From Ferruginibacter sp. (GTDB taxonomy: Bacteria; Bacteroidota; Bacteroidia; Chitinophagales; Chitinophagaceae): a stretch of DNA of 33,204 nt. The position numbers and the translations under genes are program-made. The number at the start of each line of letters is the position of its first letter. Position 1 is the first letter of the stretch. A model generated the notes under the pieces. It did no database searches. It was not told the DNA's origin and saw only the letters and a program-made list of their open reading frames with translations. The stretch covers positions 1 through 33,204 of the forward strand of contig JAYVUJ010000071.1 of NCBI GenBank assembly GCA_043788035.1. The letters run 5' to 3'. Positions 26,398 through 33,204 of the stretch are shown in pieces.

Positions 26398-27006
26398 TTA
26401 TTTTATTGCTGCTTCGTACCGTTCTGTTGCTTTGGGCCAATTCACTACGTTCCAAAAAGCAGCCAAATAATCAGGGCGCTTGTTTTGGTATTTTAAGTAA
26501 TAAGCATGTTCCCAAACATCAACGCCTAAAACTGGTTTGCCTTTTACTTCAGCAACATCCATTAAAGGGTTGTCCTGGTTTGGTGTAGATGAAATTTCAA
26601 GCTTGCCATCTTTAATAATCAGCCATGCCCAGCCGCTACCAAAACGCCCTACGCCTGCTGCTGAAAATTTTTCTTTAAATGCATCAAACGTGCCAAAGGC
26701 CGCATTGATAGCATCTGCCAATGCACCTGTTGGTGTGCCGCCGGCATTTGGTGCTAATGTTTCCCAAAAGAAACTATGGTTCCAATGGCCGCCACCATTA
26801 TTGCGTATAGCAGGTGGCAAAGTGCCTGCTATTGCTACTATTTCTTCAATTGTTTTTCCTTCATTAGGTGTGCCAGCAACAGCTTTGTTTAAGTTGTCAA
26901 CATAAGCCTGGTGATGTTTGCCATGGTGTATCTGCATGGTCAAAGTGTCGATATAAGGCTCTAATGCATCAAATGCATAAGGTAGAGCCGGTAGTGTAAA
27001 TGCCAT
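26398..27006 (-). CDS. sodA: Superoxide dismutase, Mn-type signature
   Basis: [20 protein letters not shown] and DVWEHAYY; the GG and QD residues are typical of MnSOD. Confidence 0.92.
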   Translation of the reverse strand: MAFTLPALPYAFDALEPYIDTLTMQIHHGKHHQAYVDNLNKAVAGTPNEGKTIEEIVAIAGTLPPAIRNNGGGHWNHSFFWETLAPNAGGTPTGALADAINAAFGTFDAFKEKFSAAGVGRFGSGWAWLIIKDGKLEISSTPNQDNPLMDVAEVKGKPVLGVDVWEHAYYLKYQNKRPDYLAAFWNVVNWPKATERYEAAIK

Positions 27007-27052
27007 AGTAATTGATTTATTGTTTTTAAAAATTATCTGGTTATTTATTATA

Positions 27053-27060
27053 CAAATTTA
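27053..27060 (-). promoter_or_regulatory. -7 element (TAAATTTG) for sodA
   Basis: Exact TAnnTTTG on the minus strand, 46 nt upstream of the ATG. Confidence 0.6.
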
Positions 27061-27166
27061 ATGGGCTTATGTTGAGTTTGCAAATACAATTGTTAAACAA
27101 TTTTAGGAAACCGTTGTGAAAGATTGACATGATAATTGTTACATTAATTTTTACTCAAATAAAAAA

Positions 27167-27556
27167 ATGCTTAAAACCAGCTTGCTGATTGTTACCTATT
27201 TTATTGCAATACATTGTTTTAGCCAGGCTGTTTCAAATACGGATGTTAGCTTTTCGGGAAAAGATAGCCTTTTAGTGGCTACAAAAGATACAGTGGCGGC
27301 TATTGGAAAACCATCTTTAAAGATTTATCCAAACCCTGCGAAAAATAAAATTTCTTTACAGGTAACGGGCTTTGAAACTGGCATGGTCAAAGTAAGGATA
27401 ATGGATGATAAAGGAAAAGTTGTAAGGGAAGATGACCGGCTGCTAAACAATGGCATTGATGAGATAAATATGTTTTTGCAATTGCAAGCCGGCATCTATT
27501 CTATAAGCGTGAGCGAGAAAAACAAAGTGGTTAGAAAAAAATTAATAGTACTGTAA
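27167..27556 (+). CDS. Small secreted protein consisting mostly of a T9SS type-A C-terminal sorting domain
   Basis: Signal peptide ending CFSQ; LKIYPNPA...DDKGKVV...LQAGIYSI...KKLIVL. Confidence 0.85.
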   Translation: MLKTSLLIVTYFIAIHCFSQAVSNTDVSFSGKDSLLVATKDTVAAIGKPSLKIYPNPAKNKISLQVTGFETGMVKVRIMDDKGKVVREDDRLLNNGIDEINMFLQLQAGIYSISVSEKNKVVRKKLIVL

Positions 27557-27994
27557 TTATCGCCTTGCCTTAAAAAAATCCGTCATCAGTAAAGCGCATT
27601 CATCTTGCATAACACCGCCGGTAATAGTGGTTTTTGGGTGAAAAGGAGATGTGCTTCCAGCCACTCTTTTATACCCATTCTTTTCATCTTCTGCGCCATA
27701 AACAATACTGCTTATCTTGCTCCAGTACAAAGCGCCGCTGCACATAAGGCAGGGCTGTACGGTTACATATAAAGTTGCTTGGGGCAGGTACTTGCTGCCT
27801 AAAAAATTAAAGGCTGCTGTTAAAGCAATTATTTCTGCATGGGCGGTGCTATCAATTAATTTTTCTACCTGGTTATACCCTTTGGCAATAATGCGCCCGT
27901 TCATAACAATAATGGCCCCTACGGGTACTTCGCCTTCATCAAAAGCCCGCTTTGCTTCTTTAAGCGCTTGCTCCATATAGTGTTCATCCGTCAT
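27557..27994 (-). CDS. tadA: tRNA adenosine deaminase-like nucleoside deaminase
   Basis: GEVPVGA, TAHAEI, PCLMC and C-terminal FFKARR. Likely start MTDEHYM at 27994. Confidence 0.88.
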   Translation of the reverse strand: MTDEHYMEQALKEAKRAFDEGEVPVGAIIVMNGRIIAKGYNQVEKLIDSTAHAEIIALTAAFNFLGSKYLPQATLYVTVQPCLMCSGALYWSKISSIVYGAEDEKNGYKRVAGSTSPFHPKTTITGGVMQDECALLMTDFFKARR

Positions 27995-28127
27995 AAAAAT
28001 GATTTTATTACCTTGCTGCAAAATTATCGGTAATGAAGAATAAACGCAATTATAAATAGGGCCTTATCATTCAATTATACATACAAAGCACTTCAGAAAT
28101 TTAAAACTATCAATAATAATAACAACA

Positions 28128-28715
28128 ATGACGATAAAACAACGCCTCCTTAAATCAGCCTATCCTCTACTAATGTGGGTTAGCGGCTTAAAAAATACAT
28201 CATCAAAAATTAAGGTGAATGTACATAATATACATCCGCCGATGCCTATTTATACTATAAAAGCTACGCTGATAAACGATAGCCAGTTTTCTTTGGCAAG
28301 CCTGAAAGGTAAAAAGATATTGCTCGTCAACACTGCATCCGATTGTGGCTATACCAACCAATACGACGACTTAGAAAAATTATACAAAAAATTTGAAGGC
28401 AAGCTAGTGGTGCTGGGCTTTCCGGCAAATGATTTTAAGGAACAAGAGAACGGTACAAATGAAGATATTGCCAGCTTTTGCAAAGTTAATTTTGGGGTAA
28501 CTTTTCCGTTGATGAAAAAAAGTAGTGTAGTAAAAAATGCGGCGCAAAATGAGGTGTTTAAATGGCTAAGCGATGCCAGTAAAAATGGCTGGAACAACCA
28601 GGCGCCTGTCTGGAATTTTTCAAAATACCTGGTGGATGAAAATGGCCTCCTTACTCATTATTTCGATCCATCCGTACCCCCATTAAGTGAAAACGTATTA
28701 AAAGCTGTTGAATAA
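28128..28715 (+). CDS. Glutathione peroxidase family protein (Cys type)
   Basis: VNTASDCGYTNQY, LGFPANDFKEQE and WNFSKYL motifs; active-site codon is TGT. Confidence 0.94.
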   Translation: MTIKQRLLKSAYPLLMWVSGLKNTSSKIKVNVHNIHPPMPIYTIKATLINDSQFSLASLKGKKILLVNTASDCGYTNQYDDLEKLYKKFEGKLVVLGFPANDFKEQENGTNEDIASFCKVNFGVTFPLMKKSSVVKNAAQNEVFKWLSDASKNGWNNQAPVWNFSKYLVDENGLLTHYFDPSVPPLSENVLKAVE

Positions 28716-28751
28716 TAAAATGCTATTTTTTATCTTACTAAAAGAAAAAAG

Positions 28752-29279
28752 ATGTTTACAAAAGCTGACATTGAAAAATATTTTATCGCAGAAAAAACCG
28801 AAAGCTTTACCATGATTATTATTGGTGTAGTGGCTATAATTTTGGCAGTAATATTCTTCTTTTACTTAAAAACAAACTGGTACAAAGGCTTTGCAATACC
28901 ATTTATTATTATAGGCTTGCTGCACCTAACTGCTGGCTATACCATGTACAAAAGTTGTGATGAAAGGCGCAAACAAAATGTATACGCTTACGATATGAAC
29001 CCAGATCAACTAAAAAATAGTGAACTGCCAAGGATGGAAAAGGTGCGCAATAATTTAAAAACTTTTAAAGCTCTTGAAGTAGTATTATTATTACTGGGCA
29101 TTGGCTTATTTTTTTATTTTCGGCATAATATTGATAATACTTTTTGGGCAGGCTTAGGCGTAGCGCTTGCTATTGAAGCGGCAATAACTTTTGGCTTCCA
29201 TTTTATAGGCGATAAAAATGCTACTAAATATGCTAACGGGCTGCAAAGCCTTATTGATAAATCCGTTAATAAAAATTAA
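28752..29279 (+). CDS. Hypothetical four-TM membrane protein
   Basis: 175-aa ORF with four hydrophobic segments, operon-like spacing and an A-rich start context. Confidence 0.75.
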   Translation: MFTKADIEKYFIAEKTESFTMIIIGVVAIILAVIFFFYLKTNWYKGFAIPFIIIGLLHLTAGYTMYKSCDERRKQNVYAYDMNPDQLKNSELPRMEKVRNNLKTFKALEVVLLLLGIGLFFYFRHNIDNTFWAGLGVALAIEAAITFGFHFIGDKNATKYANGLQSLIDKSVNKN

Positions 29280-29287
29280 TAGTTATT

Positions 29288-29692
29288 ATGAAAGCTGAAA
29301 CTAACCTGCAACAACTGCTGCAAAAAATGAATCCTGTATTAAACAACGGCGAATATGTTTTCTGCCTGCTTACAACGCTTGCCAATATAGACCTGCAAGA
29401 TGTGCTTTTCTTTTTTAGGGAAGATGAAGGAACTACTATATTAGTATCCAAAGCTTATGCGGATAAAAATCAATTTTCTTACGATTATGTTGCGGCGTGG
29501 ATAACGTTAAACGTATATTCATCGCTACATGCAGTAGGCTTAACGGCTGCTTTTTCAAACGCTTTGGCCAAAAGCAATATTAGCTGCAATGTAGTGGCAG
29601 CCTACAATCATGACCATATTTTTGTGGCGCTAAATGATGGGCTTAAGGCAATGGAAATATTAAAGGGGCTTGCTGCCGCGGCAAATAATTAA
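29288..29692 (+). CDS. ACT domain-containing protein (DUF2241-like)
   Basis: ETNLQQLL..MNP, FREDEGTT, SSLHAVGLTAAFS and NVVAAYNHDHIFV motifs. Confidence 0.88.
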   Translation: MKAETNLQQLLQKMNPVLNNGEYVFCLLTTLANIDLQDVLFFFREDEGTTILVSKAYADKNQFSYDYVAAWITLNVYSSLHAVGLTAAFSNALAKSNISCNVVAAYNHDHIFVALNDGLKAMEILKGLAAAANN

Positions 29693-29705
29693 GCAGCTAA
29701 TTATC

Positions 29706-30743
29706 CTACACCGGGCACTTCTCATGATAATTAATCAACTCAATCGGCGTTTTTTCAAATTGATACCCAGCATACTTTATAACTATTTCATCCAGCACCG
29801 CATCAATTTCTTCCACCGTTTTTAAGGTAACTAATTGATAACGGTATTCTTTTATGCCCGGCAAGCCTTTTAAATAATTAGCATAATGGCGGCGCATTTC
29901 AAAAATACCCACCACAGGCCCTTTCCATTCAAATGATTTGTGCAAATGTTTTTTGCACACTGCAATCCTATCTTCAATAGTAGGCGATGGCGGATGCTCG
30001 CCCGTTTTCAGAAAATGTTTTATCTCCTCAAATATCCACGGGTAACCAATCGCGGCACGGCCAATCATAATGCCATCTACGCCATATTTATTTTTATATT
30101 CCAAGGCTTTCTGCGGGCTATCAATATCTCCATTGCCAAAAATCGGTATCTGTATGCGGGGGTTATTTTTTACTTTGCCAATCAATTCCCAATCTGCCTG
30201 ACCCTTGTACATTTGCGAGCGGGTACGCCCGTGGATGGCCAGGGCCTTAATACCCACATCCTGCAACCGTTCAGCAACTTCTTCAATATTGCGGGTATCA
30301 TCATCCCAGCCCAGCCTGGTTTTTACGGTAACCGGCAACGAGGTAGACCTTACAACCGCAGCAGTTAAACGTACCATCAAATCAATGTCTTTCAACACGC
30401 CGGCACCAGCGCCTTTCATAGCAACTTTTTTAACCGGGCAGCCAAAATTAATATCCAATAAATCAGGGTTGGTAACATCTACAATTTTAGCGGCCAGGGC
30501 AAGGCTTTCTTCATCGCCACCAAAAATTTGTATGCCCACTGGTTTTTCATAATCAAAAATATCCAGCTTCTGGCGGCTCTTTATCGCATCTCTTATCAGC
30601 CCTTCGCTCGAAATAAATTCAGTGTACATAAGGTCTGCACCCTTGTCTTTGCAAACAGCCCTGAACGGCGGGTCGCTTACATCCTCCATAGGAGCTAATA
30701 ATAAAGGAAAATCAGGAAGTTGTATGTTACCGATGGAAGGCAT
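29706..30743 (-). CDS. dusB: tRNA-dihydrouridine synthase B
   Basis: LAPMED, DINFGCP, VTVKTRLGWD, IHGRTR, FGNGDI and GIMIGR motifs. Confidence 0.94.
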   Translation of the reverse strand: MPSIGNIQLPDFPLLLAPMEDVSDPPFRAVCKDKGADLMYTEFISSEGLIRDAIKSRQKLDIFDYEKPVGIQIFGGDEESLALAAKIVDVTNPDLLDINFGCPVKKVAMKGAGAGVLKDIDLMVRLTAAVVRSTSLPVTVKTRLGWDDDTRNIEEVAERLQDVGIKALAIHGRTRSQMYKGQADWELIGKVKNNPRIQIPIFGNGDIDSPQKALEYKNKYGVDGIMIGRAAIGYPWIFEEIKHFLKTGEHPPSPTIEDRIAVCKKHLHKSFEWKGPVVGIFEMRRHYANYLKGLPGIKEYRYQLVTLKTVEEIDAVLDEIVIKYAGYQFEKTPIELINYHEKCPV

Positions 30744-30849
30744 AATTTATATTTGTGCTTATTTAGGTGATTCTTGTTGCTAATAAGGCTTTTAACAAGC
30801 ACCTGTAAACTAAAATGAATGTAAATTTACGCACTTATATGCAATCACT

Positions 30850-31869
30850 ATGGCGCATTTTGCAACTAAACGTTTTAATTACTGGAGCCAGTTAGCGGTT
30901 TTAACAGCTTTTTGTGGCGTCGGGCTTATTGTTGGCGGTATTTTAAGCTTGGTGCCGCTACTAGGCATCTTGCATTTAAAAGACCTGACCGGAGGTTCCT
31001 CCACCAAAGTAATGGCTAATTTAATGGTGCCTGCAAATGCTACTGCAGTACGATGGATGCAATTTATAAGCACCTTGTTCCTCTTTTTTTTACCCTCATT
31101 TTTTTATGCGCTTGCCTGCCATCAAAAGCCATCCTTGCATTTGGGTTTTAAGCACAAAGTTAATTTACCGCAAATAATAATTATTGTTTTGCTAATGCTT
31201 GCCTGCATGCCATTGATAGATAGTTTACAACAAATCACGCTTAAGTTCCCCTGGTCAAAAACCACCTTGCTTAGGTTTGATTTAGCAGAGCAGGAATACA
31301 ATAAAGAAATCAGCGTTATTGCCCGGATGGATAATTTTTCCGATTACATCATCGCTATGGTTATGGTGGCATTTTTACCCGCTCTGTTTGAAGAAACGTT
31401 ATTCAGGGGAGGCTTACAAAACTTATTATCCCGCTGGTTTAAAAAACCAATCATCGCAATTATAGTTACCTCTATCATTTTTAGCGCCATACACGGCTCG
31501 TACCTTGGCTTTTTAAGCAGGGTAGCCTTAAGCGCAATTTTAGGCTGGTTGTATTACCGCACAGGTAATTTATGGCTAAGCGCCATCGCTCACTTTTTTA
31601 ACAATGGCTTTGGCATTACTGCTTTGTATCTTTCAACAAAGCCAGGCGAAAAGCTTGATGCTGCAAAATTCGACAGCCACCTGCCTTTATGGATGGGGCT
31701 AGTAAGTATTGCAGCTGTTTACGGTTTATTTATTTTGTTTGATAAAGCCAGCGAAGACAGCATCGACCGGCCAGGGCAAGAAGTTTTGATACAAGATTAC
31801 ATAGATACCAGAAACCCTTTTTTAACTGATATCGAAAATATCGGGCACACAGATCAACCACCTATTTAA
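30850..31869 (+). CDS. CPBP (CAAX/Abi) intramembrane metalloprotease
   Basis: EETLFRG, FSAIH and AHFFNN motifs in a multi-TM protein. Confidence 0.92.
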   Translation: MAHFATKRFNYWSQLAVLTAFCGVGLIVGGILSLVPLLGILHLKDLTGGSSTKVMANLMVPANATAVRWMQFISTLFLFFLPSFFYALACHQKPSLHLGFKHKVNLPQIIIIVLLMLACMPLIDSLQQITLKFPWSKTTLLRFDLAEQEYNKEISVIARMDNFSDYIIAMVMVAFLPALFEETLFRGGLQNLLSRWFKKPIIAIIVTSIIFSAIHGSYLGFLSRVALSAILGWLYYRTGNLWLSAIAHFFNNGFGITALYLSTKPGEKLDAAKFDSHLPLWMGLVSIAAVYGLFILFDKASEDSIDRPGQEVLIQDYIDTRNPFLTDIENIGHTDQPPI

Positions 31870-32537
31870 TGGCCATCAATATTGAAACACTTCGTACACG
31901 AGCATTGACTGCGGTAGTTTTTGTAGCTGTAATGCTAACCGGCTTACTATGGAACAGCTATAGCTTTATCCTACTATTTGCCATCGTACATTTTGGCTGC
32001 TGGTACGAATTTGTAAAGCTGATGAAGAAAATTTACGGCGCTCAATATTTAAAATATTGCCTGCTTGGGCTCATTTACATAACCATGCCCATCTGCATGC
32101 TGATAGATATGCGGCTGCAAGGCCGTTCCTCTTATTACGACCTAGGTTACATCTTGCCCTGCACCATCATTTTTTCCATCTGGATAAACGATACCATGGC
32201 CTACATCGTTGGTTCTTTCATCGGCAAAACACCGTTCTCAAAAATTTCCCCCAAAAAAACATGGGAAGGAACCATTGGCGGCGCCATTTTATGCGTGGCA
32301 GTAATTGGGCTTGCAGGATATTTTTACCTCAATAATTATTGTACGCCAGCAATTATCGCAGCCATCTGCGCCGTTTTTGGTACCGCCGGCGACTTGTTGG
32401 AAAGCAAAATAAAACGTATGGCCAATGTAAAAGATAGCGGCACCATAATGCCCGGCCATGGCGGTTTTCTGGATAGGTTCGACTCCTTGCTGGTAGCAGT
32501 GCCCTTTGTATGGCTATTTGTAAAACTAGTTTCCTAA
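31869..32537 (+). CDS. cdsA: Phosphatidate cytidylyltransferase
   Basis: WINDTMAY, ISPKKTWEG and GDLLESKIKR..VKDSG..MPGHGGFLDRFDS; start overlaps the upstream stop (TAATG). Confidence 0.95.
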   Translation: MAINIETLRTRALTAVVFVAVMLTGLLWNSYSFILLFAIVHFGCWYEFVKLMKKIYGAQYLKYCLLGLIYITMPICMLIDMRLQGRSSYYDLGYILPCTIIFSIWINDTMAYIVGSFIGKTPFSKISPKKTWEGTIGGAILCVAVIGLAGYFYLNNYCTPAIIAAICAVFGTAGDLLESKIKRMANVKDSGTIMPGHGGFLDRFDSLLVAVPFVWLFVKLVS

Positions 32538-32544
32538 ATTATTA

Positions 32545-32646
32545 TGGCGTGCCCCAAGCCGATGCGGCAAGGGGACGGGCTATACACGGCAATCTTTTTT
32601 TGCGGGCGGCCCGACAAAAAAAGATTGCCGTTACTATCCCTCATGC
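32545..32646 (+). ncRNA. Flavo-1-like structured RNA / dispersed repeat
   Basis: GGCGTGCCCC-(hairpin)-GGGGACGGGCTATAC-ACGGCAATCTTTTTT-(loop)-AAAAAAGATTGCCGT-TACTATCCCTCATGC. This follows the Flavo-1 layout as I recall it (GGGCGUGCCC...GGUCGGGCU...AUC/GAUU stem...AUCCCUAACGC). Confidence 0.72.
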
Positions 32647-32716
32647 TTCAAAACGAAGGCTATACGCTTTTAATAAAAGCAAACTAGGCGAAGGTTTGAG
32701 CGCCTTTCAATTTGCC

Positions 32717-32753
32717 GTAACCAGTCAGGCGAGGGCGTCAGGCTGGTTACTAC
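32717..32753 (-). repeat. REP-like palindrome with 5' GTAG, copy 2
   Basis: Minus strand GTAG-TAACCAG-c-CTGACGCCCTCGCCTG-a-CTGGTTAC. Confidence 0.7.
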
Positions 32754-32796
32754 GGACGGCACTAATAGCATTTCCCCAAAATTAGTATATCTACCA

Positions 32797-32958
32797 AAAC
32801 TCATCTTCGTTACCCTCCTTGCGCCTTTCGTTTAAGAAAAAATCTGCCAATTTTACTTGTATTAAACTTACCTGCCTCGCCCCTCTCCATCTTTGCGTGA
32901 AAAAGCCTTGCACTTTGCACTAAATAAAACTTAACCTCCCATGCTTCTCTGCGTGAAA
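32797..32958. repeat. Three degenerate direct repeats AAACT(T/C)A...(CT)TGCG(TGAAA)
   Basis: Units start at 32797, 32864 and 32927; CTTTGCGTGAAA 32891-32902 and CTCTGCGTGAAA 32947-32958; the first unit is the most decayed. Confidence 0.5.
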
Positions 32959-32968
32959 CAAAACACCG

Positions 32969-32976
32969 TACATTTG
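32969..32976 (+). promoter_or_regulatory. -7 element (TACATTTG) for psd
   Basis: Exact TAnnTTTG(C), 17 nt before ATG 32994. Confidence 0.7.
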
Positions 32977-32993
32977 CGGTTCAATTTTTATGC

Positions 32994-33204
32994 ATGACCA
33001 TTCACAGAGAAGGATTTAAATCTATCGCTATTGGGGCCCTAATTTTCGGCGCCATCAACTTAATTTATTTTTATTTTTTTAGCTCGGCACTGCCATGGCT
33101 TGGCTGGGTACTTTTTTTTGCCACGCTTTTTTTATTGCTTTTTTTAATTTCTTTTTTCCGCATACCCAACCGCAGCTTAACCATCCACGATAACTCTATA
33201 GTAG
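32994..33204 (+). CDS. psd: Phosphatidylserine decarboxylase family protein, 5' part (runs off window)
   Basis: Open frame MTIHREGFKSI...two TM helices...ISFFRIPNR...; the IH.EG and FFR.P.R motifs plus the position after cdsA. Confidence 0.88.
   Translation, partial: MTIHREGFKSIAIGALIFGAINLIYFYFFSSALPWLGWVLFFATLFLLLFLISFFRIPNRSLTIHDNSIV

Noticed and set aside
27113-27131. Rex-like operator TTGTGAAAGATTGACAT
   Set aside because: Spacing and right half-site do not fit TTGTGAA-N4-TTCACAA.
27557-27994. Deaminase as a defence or toxin gene
   Set aside because: Length, motifs and the FF..RR end match housekeeping TadA; no defence partners nearby.
30850-31869. CPBP 'Abi' protease as phage defence
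   Set aside because: It lies in a housekeeping dusB/CPBP-cdsA-psd context; the family name alone does not imply abortive infection.
32510-32785. 91-aa ORF after cdsA
   Set aside because: It reads through the Flavo-1-like and REP-like palindromes and has no protein features.
32797-32958. Degenerate CRISPR array (63-67 bp period)
   Set aside because: Only three highly divergent units of unequal length, with no cas genes or leader in the window.

Overview
Core-chromosome window from an AT-rich Bacteroidota genome, most likely Chitinophagaceae. This is inferred from TAnnTTTG promoters, the absence of Shine-Dalgarno sites, a T9SS C-terminal domain, a Flavo-1-like RNA and the pheT-zapB-zapA-rny order. 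Gene order: decayed 3' end of comM/yifB; four glycosyltransferases around an AT-rich islet; ABC exporter; DUF983; UbiA-family protein; TonB-dependent receptor with paired Fur/Zur-type boxes; thiolase; pyrD; TerC; rsmE; dnaB; pheT; zapB; zapA; rny; pheS; alpha/beta hydrolase; sodA; T9SS-CTD-only protein; tadA; glutathione peroxidase; ACT protein; dusB; CPBP protease; cdsA; 5' end of psd. I see no CRISPR, prophage, transposase or complete defence system. The interesting signals are intergenic or at protein ends: (1) three relic genes the ORF track misses or splits (a lipoprotein with three DUF5648-like repeats, a RhuM fragment and an addiction-module antitoxin); (2) a phased cluster of DnaA boxes upstream of dnaB; (3) an SSB-like acidic 'DDDAPF' tail on DnaB; (4) two REP-like hairpins 23 kb apart sharing a core but with different stems; (5) a cdsA-psd gap stacked with three repeat/RNA families. 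All family assignments are from motif recognition by eye; no searches were run.
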